A stretch of DNA of 64,000 nt, from NCBI GenBank assembly GCA_036002525.1, contig DASYTG010000012.1, positions 65,766 through 129,765 on the forward strand, read 5' to 3'. Each line of letters opens with the position of its first letter. Position 1 is the stretch's first letter. The notes below the pieces were generated by a model. That model searched no databases. It was not told the origin of the DNA and worked only from the letters and a program-made list of their open reading frames with translations. The stretch is from Candidatus Limnocylindrales bacterium (lineage in GTDB: Bacteria; Chloroflexota; Limnocylindria; Limnocylindrales; CSP1-4). A program made the position numbers and the translations under genes. This document shows positions 1 to 10,094 of this stretch, piece by piece.

Positions 1-1416
1 TCGAGGAAGCGGTAGAACTGCGTCTCGAACTCCTTGACCTTCGGCGTCGGGACGTCGTCCAGGGCGCCTGTCGTCGCGGCGTACAGGATCGCGACCTGCC
101 TCTCGACCGGCAGCGGCTGGTACTGCGGCTGCTTGATGACTTCGGACAGCTTCTCGCCCCGGGTCAGCTGGTCACGGGTGGCCTTGTCGAGGTCGGACGC
201 GAACTGGGCGAACGCCGCGAGCGAGCGGTACTGGGCCAGGTCAAGCTTGAGGGGGCCGGCGACCTTCTTCATCGCCTTCGTCTGGGCCGCCGACCCGACG
301 CGCGACACCGAGATGCCGATGTTCAGGGCCGGCCGCTGGCCGGCATTGAAGAGGTCCGTCTCGAGGAAGATCTGGCCGTCGGTGATCGAGATGACGTTCG
401 TCGGGATGTAGGCCGAGACGTCGCCGGCCTGCGTTTCGATGATCGGCAGGGCCGTGAGCGAGCCGCCGCCGCTCTGCTCGTTCAATCGGGCGGCCCGCTC
501 GAGGAGCCGGCTGTGGAGGTAGAAGACGTCGCCGGGATAGGCCTCCCGACCGGGCGGGCGGCGCAGCAGGAGCGACATCTCGCGGTATGCCCAGGCGTGC
601 TTGCTCAGGTCGTCGTACACGCACAGGGCATCCTTGACGGCCTTGCCCTCGAGCTTGACGCCCTGCTCCATGACCTCCTCGCCCATCGCCGTCGCCGCAT
701 ACGGCGCGAGGAACTGGAGCGGGGCGGGCTCTTCGGCGCCGGCGACGACGACGATCGTGTGGTCCATTGCGCCGTACTGCTCGAGAACGGCAACGGTCTT
801 CGCGACCGTCGACAGCTTCTGGCCGATCGCGACGTAGATGCAGACCAGGCCCTTGCCCTTCTGGTTGATGATCGTGTCGATCGCGATCGCCGTCTTGCCG
901 GTTTGCCGGTCGCCGATGATCAGCTCGCGCTGGCCCCGACCGATCGGGATGAGCGCGTCGATCGCCTTGATCCCGGTCTGGACGGGCGTGTCGACCCCCT
1001 GCCGGACGATGACTCCGGGCGCGATCCGCTCGGCCGGCCGGCTCTTCTTCGTATCGATCGGCCCCTTGTCGTCGAGGGGCTGGCCGAGCGGGTTCACGAC
1101 CCGGCCGAGGAGCTCCTGGCCGACCGGGACCTCGACGACCCGGCCGGTCGTCTTGACCGTGTCGCCTTCCTCGATCCCCTTGTAGTCGCCGAGGATGACC
1201 GCGCCGACGGTCTCCTCCTCGAGGTTGAGGGCCATCCCCATGACGCCGCCCGGGAACTCGAGCAGCTCGGACGACAGCGCTCCGGACAGCCCGTAGATCT
1301 GGGCGATCCCGTCGCCCACCTCGATGACCGTGCCGACGCTGCGCGTCTCGGTCTTCTCGTCGAAGCCCTCGATCGCGGACTTGATGATCGTGATGATCTC
1401 GTCAGAGCGAATGGCC
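1..1416 (-). CDS. atpA: F0F1 ATP synthase subunit alpha, truncated at the window edge (C-terminus lies beyond position 1)
   Basis: Minus-strand translation contains [17 protein letters not shown] (the Walker A region of F1 alpha). The start ATG is at 1414-1416. Not in the ORF track because the ORF has no stop inside the window. Confidence 0.9.
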
Positions 1417-1478
1417 ATCGGATCTCCGTGTCGGGCAGGCGGTTGGGATGGATTCGGTTTGTCGGCGGTGGGCCGGGC

Positions 1479-2033
1479 TCACCGGCCGAGGCTCCCGCGG
1501 GCGATGAGCTCGTGGCGGAGCCGCTCGAGGCGGCCCCGAATGCTGGCGTCGAGCAGCCGGTCGCCGACCCGGACGGTCAACCCGCCGATGAGCGACTCGT
1601 CGACCTCGGCCTGGAGCTCGACCTTTGCGCCGGTCATCGCCTCGACACGCTCGCGGACGGCCTCGCGGTCAGCTTGCGAGAGCGGCTTCGCACTGGTCGC
1701 GACCGCCTCGACGATGCCCCGCTTCCGGTTCAGGAGGCGACGGAACTCCCCGCTGATGGCCGGCAGGAGGTCCGCCCGGCCGCGCTGGGCGAGCAGGCGG
1801 ACGAGGTTGACGACCGGCCGCGCGACGCGGCGCTCCAGCAGCCTGCCGACGAGATCCTCGCGCTCGCGGAGCGGGACCGTGGGGTCGTCCAGCATTCGGC
1901 TCACCTGCTCGTCGCCGAGGACCCGGGCCGCCTCCTCGAGATCGCGCGCCCACGAGTCATGGCCGTCGTCCGCGGCTGCCAGCTCGAATGCGGCCTCCGC
2001 GTAGCGTCGGGCCGACGTCGTCCGGCGGATCAT
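1479..2033 (-). CDS. atpH: F0F1 ATP synthase subunit delta
   Basis: 184 aa ORF whose C-terminus (LIGGLTVRVGDRLLDASIRGRLERLR) is typical of the delta/OSCP subunit. Sits between atpF and atpA. Confidence 0.85.
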   Translation of the reverse strand: MIRRTTSARRYAEAAFELAAADDGHDSWARDLEEAARVLGDEQVSRMLDDPTVPLREREDLVGRLLERRVARPVVNLVRLLAQRGRADLLPAISGEFRRLLNRKRGIVEAVATSAKPLSQADREAVRERVEAMTGAKVELQAEVDESLIGGLTVRVGDRLLDASIRGRLERLRHELIARGSLGR

Positions 2034-2608
2034 CAGCCGCGCCGCTCCGTTGCGGCCGCTTCGCTGAGGAACTCCTCGACGAGCCGCTTCTGTCGAGCGT
2101 CGGTGATCGCTTCGCCGAGGACCCTGGAAGCCGCGGCAAGGGCAAGATCCGCGACTTCCGTGCGCAGCTCAGCGAGGGCGCGCTGCTTCTCGGCGTCGAT
2201 GTCCGCCCCCGCCCGGACCCGCATCCGCTCGAGCTCCTCGCGGGTCGCCGCGATGTCCGCCTCGCGCGACTCCTGGGCGAGCTTCTGGGCGCGGCTGAGG
2301 ATCTCCTGCGCCTCGCGCCGCGCCTCGGCCAGCGCTGCGATGTGCTCCTGCGCGGCCCGATCGCGATCGCGACGTGCCTGCTCGGCATCCCTGAGCCCCT
2401 GCTCGATCCGCTGTCGCCGCTCAGCCAGGAGCCGGCTGACGGTGCCGCCGAAGAGGTAGTAGAGGACGACCGCGAACACGAGGAAGTTGAGCGACGCGAC
2501 GATCACCCAGAACAGGTTGATCTGGAGGCCGGCGGCCGCGCCGCCTTCCTCGGCGGCCAGCGACGACGAGCCCTGAATCGCCCGGCCCGCGAGGGCGAGC
2601 AGGTCCAC
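2033..2608 (-). CDS. atpF: F0F1 ATP synthase subunit b
   Basis: 191 aa with an N-terminal TM helix and a long charged Ala/Arg/Glu-rich coiled coil. Position within the atp operon. Confidence 0.85.
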   Translation of the reverse strand: MDLLALAGRAIQGSSSLAAEEGGAAAGLQINLFWVIVASLNFLVFAVVLYYLFGGTVSRLLAERRQRIEQGLRDAEQARRDRDRAAQEHIAALAEARREAQEILSRAQKLAQESREADIAATREELERMRVRAGADIDAEKQRALAELRTEVADLALAAASRVLGEAITDARQKRLVEEFLSEAAATERRG

Positions 2609-2626
2609 GGTAACGCTCCTCCGGGG

Positions 2627-2842
2627 TTAGAGGACGAGGGAAAGGATCGCAACCACGATTGCGAGCACGCCCAGGCCTTCGGCGAACGCCGCCCCGAGGA
2701 TGAACTGGGCGCGAATCGCCGGAGTCGCGTCGGGGTTGCGGCCGATAGCGGTTGCCGCCAGGCCGGTCAGGATGCCGATGCCGATGCCGGGGCCGATGAC
2801 CCCGAGCGCGGCAAGACCTGCGCCGAGAGGTCCAAAATCCAT
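2627..2842 (-). CDS. atpE: F0F1 ATP synthase subunit c
   Basis: MDFGPLGAGLAALGVIGPGIGIGILTG...AIGRNPDA...FAEGLGVLAIVVA is a two-helix c-subunit. The internal Met start is preceded by a GGAGGAAGG ribosome-binding site; the ORF-track start at 2881 is probably too far upstream. Confidence 0.9.
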   Translation of the reverse strand: MDFGPLGAGLAALGVIGPGIGIGILTGLAATAIGRNPDATPAIRAQFILGAAFAEGLGVLAIVVAILSLVL

Positions 2843-2908
2843 GTGTCCTTCCTCCCTGTCGGCGTCCGGCTGGTGGGACACCGTTGTCGATGAGTTGACT
2901 GGATCGAA

Positions 2909-3967
2909 TTAGTGAGCGGGACGCGGGCTGGTCATCGGCGGACCGATGTTCCCCTCGGGGATCGGCGGATGGGCCGCCTCGTCGTGCTCGGTTTCGTGTG
3001 TCTCCACCGCAATGATCGTGTAGATCAGCATCAGCGTCGAGAAGATGAGCGCCTGGACGAAGTTGAGGAGGCCTTCGAGCAGCAGCATCGCCGCGGGAAT
3101 GAGAGCGATCGTGAGGGCGGTGATGACGCCGAGCGCGACCTCGCCACCGAAGATGTTGCCAAACAGTCGCATTGCCAGCGTGACGGGCTTGATGAACTCG
3201 AGGAGGAACTCGATCAAGCCTACGAACAGGCCGATGAACCCGTTCGCCGGGCCCTCCTTGAAGCCGCTGAAGACGAAGAACTTGCCGAGATAGCGGCGAA
3301 TACCCAGTGCCCGGAAGCCCTGAAACTGGAAGTACACAAACACGACGAGGGCGAGGCCGATGGTCACGTTCACGTCGCTCGTGGGCGCCCGCAGCTGCTC
3401 GAACTTCCCGAAGAACGGAAGCAGGCCGCTCCAGTTCGAGAACAGGATGAACAGGAAGAATGCGACGAACAGCGGGATGTGCTTGCGGGCGCCTTCGCCG
3501 CCGAGCGCGACCGCCCAACCCTCGAGCGCCTCCCAGGCGAACTCGACTGCGTTCTGGAGCCGGCCCGGGATCTCCCGCAGGCTGAACCGGGCCACAAGGG
3601 CAACCAGCAGGATGAACCCCATCACCAGCCACATCGTGAAGAGGGTGTTGGTGATGCTCACGTCGTAGAACACGATCCCGGGCGGAGACTCGTGACCCTC
3701 AGGGAACAGGACGTGCGGTGCGGGGAACTCGAGGTTCGCCGCGATGAGATCGCCGATCGAACCGACCGGCGTGCCGGGCTCTCCGGCGTACGGTGGCACG
3801 AAGAGGAACGCGAGGACGTCGAGAATGATGACTGCCGGAATGAGAATCCGGAACACCGCCCGGCGGGAGGGGGCCATGCGCCGGGGCCGCCCGGAGGCGG
3901 AAACCGGCTGACGCGCGACATCGTCGGGCATAGGCTGGTCGTCGGTTGGCACCGTCACTCCGTCCAC
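2909..3967 (-). CDS. atpB: F0F1 ATP synthase subunit a
   Basis: Multi-TM protein with the a-subunit signature region LAMRLFGNIFGGEV. The N-terminal extension is uncertain; an alternative start is the Met at about 3877. Confidence 0.85.
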   Translation of the reverse strand: MDGVTVPTDDQPMPDDVARQPVSASGRPRRMAPSRRAVFRILIPAVIILDVLAFLFVPPYAGEPGTPVGSIGDLIAANLEFPAPHVLFPEGHESPPGIVFYDVSITNTLFTMWLVMGFILLVALVARFSLREIPGRLQNAVEFAWEALEGWAVALGGEGARKHIPLFVAFFLFILFSNWSGLLPFFGKFEQLRAPTSDVNVTIGLALVVFVYFQFQGFRALGIRRYLGKFFVFSGFKEGPANGFIGLFVGLIEFLLEFIKPVTLAMRLFGNIFGGEVALGVITALTIALIPAAMLLLEGLLNFVQALIFSTLMLIYTIIAVETHETEHDEAAHPPIPEGNIGPPMTSPRPAH

Positions 3968-3994
3968 GCGACAATCGCCTGTCGCGACTGAAGG

Positions 3995-4216
3995 TCAGTC
4001 GTACCTCGCCAGGAACCGGGTGATCAACCGAGCGACCGCGACGCTGCCTGCCGCGAAGCCGCCGAGAAAACCGATCAGCAGAAACGCGGGATTGGTCTTG
4101 AGCTGGTCGTCGACCCAATGCCCGGCGAGGGCGCCCGCCAGGGTCGTCACGAGGAGGACGAAACCGATCTCGGAGAACAGGACGAAATACGCCCCGGTCT
4201 GACCCGGTCCGATCAT
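3995..4216 (-). CDS. AtpZ/AtpI-like small membrane protein
   Basis: 73 aa, two predicted TM helices, immediately upstream of atpB, as expected for ATP synthase protein I. Confidence 0.55.
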   Translation of the reverse strand: MIGPGQTGAYFVLFSEIGFVLLVTTLAGALAGHWVDDQLKTNPAFLLIGFLGGFAAGSVAVARLITRFLARYD

Positions 4217-4321
4217 GGGCGACCTGACAAAGCGGCGGGAGTATAGCAGCTGCGCGTCTCGATCGACCGCGGCCCCCGAGCTGCTGACGGCGGGTTACGG
4301 GCCGGGCTGCGCGCCGGCGGG

Positions 4322-5041
4322 TTACGGGCCGGGCCGCGCGCCGGCGGGTGGCGGAGAGCCCGATCGCGGAAGCGGGGGTTTTGGCTCCTGGCCGTGAGGC
4401 CGGACCGGTCCCCCTTCGAGCCGGGCGGTCGGAACAGCGCCCTCGGGATCGGTCGACGCCGGCGGCCGCGCGGGCGGTCCGGCCGGGCCGGGCAGGCCGG
4501 GCGGGCCGGTCCGGAGTGTCGTGACGGTCGGCCCTGACGCCGCCTGGTTCGGCCGCTCCGCGGTGTCGGCGGTCCGGAACGTGGCTTCGTCGGGTCGGAC
4601 AGAGGGTGCCCTGGTCGGTCGCGACAGGACGGCGGGTGGCGGCGCAGGTCCGATGAGCCGTCGCGCCACCCTCGATGGACGCAGGAGCGGCACAGGAGTC
4701 CGCGCTTCGCGCCGCGGTTGCGGTGCCACGAGTCCTGGCTCCGGTTCGGCCGAGGGGGTCTGCTCTGCCTCGCCCGCCTCCGACGGCTCGTCGCGGAGAT
4801 GCGGTGCAGCCGGCCAGATCGGTTCGGGCGGCCACGGCGGGAGCGATCCCAGCGCGTCGGGCGCAGCACCGCCGCCGTCCTGCTGGCGAAGGTGAGGAGC
4901 TTTCGGCCACGGTGCCGGCTCGACGCTCAGCGGTGGCGGCCCAGCCGGGGCGCGCGACTCCGCAGTCGGCGCCGACTCCGGACGCAGGTGCGGCACCGGC
5001 CAGGATGGCGGCCCGGACTGGGACAGTCGGTCGGCGGGCAT
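4322..5041 (-). CDS. Proline-rich hypothetical protein with WPxxPHLR repeats
   Basis: 239 aa, Pro/Ala/Glu-rich. Three copies of the motif W-P-x-x-P-H-L-R. High GC3 in this frame. Same orientation as the flanking wecA and atp genes; occupies the position of the small Rv1303-like gene in mycobacterial synteny. Confidence 0.4.
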   Translation of the reverse strand: MPADRLSQSGPPSWPVPHLRPESAPTAESRAPAGPPPLSVEPAPWPKAPHLRQQDGGGAAPDALGSLPPWPPEPIWPAAPHLRDEPSEAGEAEQTPSAEPEPGLVAPQPRREARTPVPLLRPSRVARRLIGPAPPPAVLSRPTRAPSVRPDEATFRTADTAERPNQAASGPTVTTLRTGPPGLPGPAGPPARPPASTDPEGAVPTARLEGGPVRPHGQEPKPPLPRSGSPPPAGARPGP

Positions 5042-5203
5042 CGGACTCCACTGTCGGTGGCCGGCGCTCGGATGCCGATCCTACATCGGACGGCAAACAG
5101 ACCCGGCGGGAGGGTTCGTGCGAGCTGGGATGCCATGAAGCTTACGAGAGCCCGACAAGCCCAGGCGACCAGCACGTCCGACGCCGGCGCGCGCGCCCGC
5201 GGC

Positions 5204-6325
5204 TCAGCCGGAGGCGTCTCCGCGTGGCTCGCGCTCGTAGGCTTCGGCATCGAGGGCGCCGTCGCCGCCGCCCCAGGCCAGGAGCAGCAGCAGGAGTCCG
5301 GTCCCCACGAACACGCCGAGGAACGCGTAGACCGGCTGCGCGCCGGTCAGGACGAGCGACAGGACGCCGAGCGCGCCACAGATCGCGTAGATGAGCATGA
5401 CGGTCCGGCGGTGGGAGAGGCCCAGGTCGAGCAGCCGGTGGTGGATGTGACCGCGGTCCGGCGTGAACGGCGACCGCCGGGCGGACAGCCGGCGGACGAT
5501 GATCCAGAACGCGTCGATGATCGGAACGCCGAGCACGAGGAGCGCGACCGCGACCTTCGCGCTGCCGAGGATCGACAGCACGGCGAGCGTGTAGCCGATG
5601 AACATCGTGCCGCTCGTCCCCGGGAAGATCGAGGCCGGGTGGAAGTTCCAGCGCAGGAAGCCCAGGAGCGAGCCGGCGAGCGCGAAACACAGCAGGGCCA
5701 CGAACGGCTGGCCGACCGTGGTCGTCAGGCTGATCACCCCGAGCGTCAGCGCGGCAATCAGGCCGATGCCCGACGACAGGCCATCGAGGCCGTCGATGAA
5801 GTTCACGCTGTTGATCATCCCGACGATCCACAGCACCGTGATCGCGACCGCCAGGAGGCCGTCGAACTGGAGCAGGCCGGGCCCGAACGGATTGTTCACG
5901 GAGGTGATCCCGATCCCCAGGGCGACCGCGCCGATGGCCAGCCCGAGCTGGCCGAGGAGCTGCCAGCGCGCCCGGAGGTCGAGGAAGTCGTCGAGCGCCC
6001 CGATCGCCGCCGCCGCGGCCGCGCCGGCGAGGAGCGCGACGACCTCGCCGCGCTCGAGCAGGAGCGGCAGGCGGATGAAGCGGAACTGGAGGTTGAGCAG
6101 CACGAGAACCACGGCTACGGTGAGGAACGCGGCGGCGATCGCCAGTCCGCCTGACCGGGGAACCGGCCTGGTGTTCACCCGGCGGTGGTTCGGCCGGTCG
6201 ACGACCCCGTAGCGGATCGCCCGACGTCGAACGATCGGGGTGAGGACGAAGGCCAGGACCGCCGCAGCCGCGAACGCGACGGCAAGAAACGGGAGGGCGG
6301 CAGCGGCGTCGGAGACGAACCTCAC
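5204..6325 (-). CDS. wecA: Glycosyltransferase family 4, MraY/WecA-like (UDP-GlcNAc:undecaprenyl-phosphate GlcNAc-1-phosphate transferase)
   Basis: About 10 TM helices with conserved motifs [12 protein letters not shown] and HIHHRLL. Start overlaps the glyA stop (ATGA). Position matches rfe upstream of the atp operon in actinobacteria. Confidence 0.8.
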   Translation of the reverse strand: MRFVSDAAAALPFLAVAFAAAAVLAFVLTPIVRRRAIRYGVVDRPNHRRVNTRPVPRSGGLAIAAAFLTVAVVLVLLNLQFRFIRLPLLLERGEVVALLAGAAAAAAIGALDDFLDLRARWQLLGQLGLAIGAVALGIGITSVNNPFGPGLLQFDGLLAVAITVLWIVGMINSVNFIDGLDGLSSGIGLIAALTLGVISLTTTVGQPFVALLCFALAGSLLGFLRWNFHPASIFPGTSGTMFIGYTLAVLSILGSAKVAVALLVLGVPIIDAFWIIVRRLSARRSPFTPDRGHIHHRLLDLGLSHRRTVMLIYAICGALGVLSLVLTGAQPVYAFLGVFVGTGLLLLLLAWGGGDGALDAEAYEREPRGDASG

Positions 6326-7650
6326 GCCGGGGGCAGCCCCGGAACGGGGAAGCGGCCGACGATCTCGCGGACCTCGGCCGACAGCATGCCACGCGTGCCC
6401 GGCTCGTCGCGGGTCGAGATCGCGTCGACGATCAGCCGGCCGATCGCCCGCATCTCGGGGCTGCCGAACCCGCGGGTCGTGACCGCCGGCGTCCCGACCC
6501 GGATGCCCGAGGAGATGTTGGCCGGATTGCGGTCGAACGGGATCTGGTTCTTGTTCACCGTGATTCCGATCTCGTCGAGGAGGTGCTCGGCCTCCTTGCC
6601 CGTCACGCCGAGCGGCGTGACGTCGACGAGCATCAGGTGGTTGTCGGTGCCGCCGGACACGACCCGGGCGCCCTGCCCGGCGAGCGTCTCCGACAGGACG
6701 CGCGCGTTCGCGACTGTCCTCTCCTGGTCCGCCCGGAACTCCTCGCCGGCCGCCAGCAGGAACGCGACCGCCTTGGCGGCGATCACGTGCATCAGCGGGC
6801 CACCCTGGACCCCGGGGAAGACCGTCTTGTCGATCGTCGCCGCGAGGGTCGTCTTGACGTTCGGGAACGCCGCCGGGTCGACCTCCGGCGGCAGGTTCTC
6901 GCGCGAGAAGATCAGGCCGCCGCGCGGGCCGCGAAGGGTCTTGTGGGTCGTCGTGGTGACGATGTCCGCGTGGGGGAACGGGCTCGGGTGCTGGCCGGCG
7001 GCGACGAGACCCGCGATGTGGGCCATGTCGACGAACAGCAGCGCGCCGACGCCGTGGGCGATCGCGGCCATCCGCTCGAAGTCGATGATCCGCGGATAGG
7101 CCGACGCACCGGCGACGATAACTTTCGGGCGGACGTCACGGGCCTGGCGCTCGAGGGCGTCGTAGTCGATCCGCTCGTCGTCCTCCCGGACGCCGTACGC
7201 GTGGACCTCGAACAGCCGGCCGGAGAAGTTGAGCTTCATCCCGTGGGTCAGGTGGCCGCCCTGGTCGAGCTTCATGCCGAGGATCCGGTCGCCCGGGTCG
7301 AGGACGCTGAAATACGCGGCCATGTTGGCCTGGGCGCCGGAGTGTGGCTGGACATTGACGTGCTCGGCGCCTGGGAACAGCGCGAGGGCCCGCTCCTGGG
7401 CCAGCGTCTCGGCCACGTCGACGAACTCGCAGCCACCGTAGTAGCGCTTGCCGGGGAGGCCCTCGGCGTACTTGTTCGTCAGCCAGCTGCCCTGCGCTTC
7501 CATCACCGCGGCGAACGTGTAGTTCTCGCTGGCGATGAGCTCGATCTTGTCGTGCTGGCGGCGGCGCTCGCCCTCCATCGCCTCCCACAGCTCGGGATCG
7601 ACGTCCGCCAGCTTCGCCCAGCCGAGACCCGAGGCGTGCGAGATCGTCAT
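6322..7650 (-). CDS. glyA: Serine hydroxymethyltransferase
   Basis: 442 aa; matches the SHMT N-terminus ([39 protein letters not shown]), the PLP-binding region and the [11 protein letters not shown] motif. Confidence 0.95.
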   Translation of the reverse strand: MTISHASGLGWAKLADVDPELWEAMEGERRRQHDKIELIASENYTFAAVMEAQGSWLTNKYAEGLPGKRYYGGCEFVDVAETLAQERALALFPGAEHVNVQPHSGAQANMAAYFSVLDPGDRILGMKLDQGGHLTHGMKLNFSGRLFEVHAYGVREDDERIDYDALERQARDVRPKVIVAGASAYPRIIDFERMAAIAHGVGALLFVDMAHIAGLVAAGQHPSPFPHADIVTTTTHKTLRGPRGGLIFSRENLPPEVDPAAFPNVKTTLAATIDKTVFPGVQGGPLMHVIAAKAVAFLLAAGEEFRADQERTVANARVLSETLAGQGARVVSGGTDNHLMLVDVTPLGVTGKEAEHLLDEIGITVNKNQIPFDRNPANISSGIRVGTPAVTTRGFGSPEMRAIGRLIVDAISTRDEPGTRGMLSAEVREIVGRFPVPGLPPA

Positions 7651-7708
7651 CCGTTGCTCCCTCTGCGACGGTGCCTATCTTCCCACGATCCCGGTGCCGC
7701 GACGGGCC

Positions 7709-8482
7709 TCAGGGCAGCTGGATGACGAGGCACTCCTGGGTGACGAAGATGGTGTCCTCGTCGCCGACCGGAGCGATCGCGCAGTCCTCTCGCGTCCACC
7801 GTGCGGACGTCCCACCCTCGCCGTTGCGATAGACGACGACCGGGCCTCGTCCGGAATACCCGTAGATCTCGAAGGCCGGGGTGATGGGCGTGTTGTCGTT
7901 GTTGCGGCTGACGAACTCCGCTGGCCGACCATCGAGGACGGCTGTGAAAAAGCACCGCCGGGCAGCACTGTCCAGCTCGCCCCGTTCGTCGCCGCAGTAC
8001 GGCAGCTCCGGTCGTCCGGTGACCTCCTGCGGCGCCTCGATCCCGAGGTCCGGTGCGCCGAGCCTCGGCCCGCCTTCGCCGCTCCGGGGCCAGATGTCGT
8101 ACGTCGGGTCCTCCGGAGCGCCGACCGAGATTCCCGCGTCGACGAACGTCACGGGCACGACGCTCACCCGACCGCCCTCGAACCGGACGACGACGTAGGC
8201 GCTGCCGGCGGGAGGGGCGATGCAGCGGGCGTTGGGCGGGCAAGGGAGGCCGCGGTTGAACCAGGCGGCGTGGACGAATCGCGCGTCCGGGCCGAGGCGA
8301 AGAAGGACCTGGCCGATCGCCTCGGTGCACGAGACCGGCTGCGGGACGTCCCGGAACGGCTCGGCGCATATTCTCGTCGGGCCGGACGTCACAGGCACCG
8401 GCGACGAGCTGGGCTGGGACGGCAGAGGCTGACCGCATCCGGCCGCGACGATCACGAGCGCGACGACGAGCCCCTGCCTCAT
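7709..8482 (-). CDS. Cys-rich secreted lipoprotein, hypothetical
   Basis: The real start is an internal Met of the spurious 628-aa ORF: MRQGLVVALVIVAAGCG is a lipoprotein signal with a lipobox Cys. The mature part has more than 10 Cys. Confidence 0.6.
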   Translation of the reverse strand: MRQGLVVALVIVAAGCGQPLPSQPSSSPVPVTSGPTRICAEPFRDVPQPVSCTEAIGQVLLRLGPDARFVHAAWFNRGLPCPPNARCIAPPAGSAYVVVRFEGGRVSVVPVTFVDAGISVGAPEDPTYDIWPRSGEGGPRLGAPDLGIEAPQEVTGRPELPYCGDERGELDSAARRCFFTAVLDGRPAEFVSRNNDNTPITPAFEIYGYSGRGPVVVYRNGEGGTSARWTREDCAIAPVGDEDTIFVTQECLVIQLP

Positions 8483-8523
8483 CCGCCATTGACGGCGCGA
8501 TTGTCCGGTCCGTTCCCGAACTG

Positions 8524-9195
8524 TCACCGCGGCACGTCGTGGTTGATGCCGGCTGCCTCGAGCGCGGCCGCGATCGTGGCAGCGGGGATTGCGCCGGCGC
8601 GGAGAATCCGCGGCCGGACCGCCCCGCAGTCGACCACCGTCGACGGAACGCCGCCGGGGCTGGGACCGCCGTCGAGCACGAGGTCGATCCTGGCGCCCAA
8701 CGTCACGACGACATCTGCGGCCGACCGCGCGTCGGGCTCGCCGGACCGGTTGGCGGAGGTCGTCGGGATGGGTCCGACGGCCCTGGCGAGGAACCGCGGC
8801 GTCGGGTGGTCCGGGACTCGCACGCCCAGGGTCTCGGTGGCGGTGGTCAGCGCAGCGGGCAGCGCGGCCCCTGGTCGGACCGGCAGGACGAGCGTAAGGC
8901 CTCCGGGCCACAGGCCGCGCAGCGCCATCGCCGCCGGGTTCACCTCGACGAGCCCGGCCACCTGCTCGACGTCGTCGACGAGGACCATGATCGCCTTGTC
9001 CGGCGGCCGCTCCTTGGCCTCGAATAGCCGCTCGACCCCGCCCTGCGCGTCGAGGCGGCACGCGATCCCGTAGACCGTGTCGGTCGGCAAGGCAACGATC
9101 CCGCCGGACCCAAGCACCACCACTGCCGCCCGCCGCCCGGCCTCGTCGTCCGGGACAACCGCGGGGCCCGCGCTGGCCCCCCGGCCTCCCGTCAC
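8524..9195 (-). CDS. tsaC: L-threonylcarbamoyladenylate synthase (YrdC/TsaC type)
   Basis: 223 aa with YrdC-domain motifs (ALPTDTVYGIAC, PIPTTSANRSGEP). Overlaps the prmC stop by 4 nt. Confidence 0.85.
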   Translation of the reverse strand: MTGGRGASAGPAVVPDDEAGRRAAVVVLGSGGIVALPTDTVYGIACRLDAQGGVERLFEAKERPPDKAIMVLVDDVEQVAGLVEVNPAAMALRGLWPGGLTLVLPVRPGAALPAALTTATETLGVRVPDHPTPRFLARAVGPIPTTSANRSGEPDARSAADVVVTLGARIDLVLDGGPSPGGVPSTVVDCGAVRPRILRAGAIPAATIAAALEAAGINHDVPR

Positions 9196-10085
9196 GGCCG
9201 CTCCAGGCGGAGGACCCGCGGCTCGCCGGCCAGGTCGGGGTCGACCGACACGGGCCAGCCGGGCAGCAGCCGCCCGGCCAGCTCGCTCGCGGCGCCCTTC
9301 TGGGTGGAGCCGATCTCGACGAGGGCGACGCCGCCATGCGAGAGCATGTTCGGCAGGCGCTCGAGCAGCCGGCCGATGATCGCAAGCCCGTCCGGCCCGC
9401 CGTCGAGTGCCAGGCGGGGCTCGAACGAGGCCGCGACCGGCAGGCCCGGTACGTCAGCGGTCGGGATGTAGGGCAGGTTCGCCAGGACGAGCTGGAACGG
9501 CCGAACCCCGCCCGGGAGCAGGTCCGCCTCGGCGAACTCGATTCGATCGGCGACCGAGTGCCCGACCGCGTTCTCGACAGCCAAGGCGAGCGCATCGGGG
9601 CTCACGTCCGTGGCGAGGATCTCGATGTCGGCCGTCACCCGGCGCCCGCGGAGGGCGACCGCCAGGGCAACGGCGATCGTCCCCGCCCCCGTACCGACGT
9701 CGGCGATTCGGAGTGGCGGCGTCCCCTCCGGCCGGGGAGCAGCCGCCAGCCGGCGGAGCGTCTCGCCGACGGCCAGCTCGACGAGGCGCTCGGTCTCGGG
9801 TCGCGGGATGAGCGCCCGCGCGTCGGTTGCGAAGGCCTGCCCGAAGAACTCCTTGAAGCCGCGGATGTAGGCGACCGGCTCACCGGCTTCCCGCCGGGCG
9901 AGGTTCGCCTGGAACCGCTCCGCGGGCCCGTCGCCCACGAGGGCGTCGGGATGGGCGGCGATCACCGTCCGGTCCGCACCGATGGCGTGGCCCAGCAGGA
10001 GCTCGGCGTCGAGGCGAGGGCTCTCCGACCCCGCGGCACGAAGCCGCTCGATCGCGCTCCGCAGCAGCTCGTCGACCGTCGCCAC
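9192..10085 (-). CDS. prmC: Release factor glutamine methyltransferase
   Basis: 297 aa with the HemK/PrmC family fold, a SAM-binding motif (DVGTGAGTIAVALA) and the catalytic NLPY motif (LANLPYIP). Confidence 0.9.
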   Translation of the reverse strand: MATVDELLRSAIERLRAAGSESPRLDAELLLGHAIGADRTVIAAHPDALVGDGPAERFQANLARREAGEPVAYIRGFKEFFGQAFATDARALIPRPETERLVELAVGETLRRLAAAPRPEGTPPLRIADVGTGAGTIAVALAVALRGRRVTADIEILATDVSPDALALAVENAVGHSVADRIEFAEADLLPGGVRPFQLVLANLPYIPTADVPGLPVAASFEPRLALDGGPDGLAIIGRLLERLPNMLSHGGVALVEIGSTQKGAASELAGRLLPGWPVSVDPDLAGEPRVLRLERP

Positions 10086-10094
10086 GGCGGCCGG

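Noticed and set aside
513-2459. 648-aa plus-strand ORF
   Set aside because: It is antisense to atpA, atpH and atpF, which have clear homology on the minus strand. It is an Arg/Asp/Leu-rich product typical of GC-bias open frames.
7709-9595. 628-aa minus-strand ORF
   Set aside because: Only the last 257 codons (the lipoprotein) are real. The upstream part runs through tsaC and prmC in a wrong frame.
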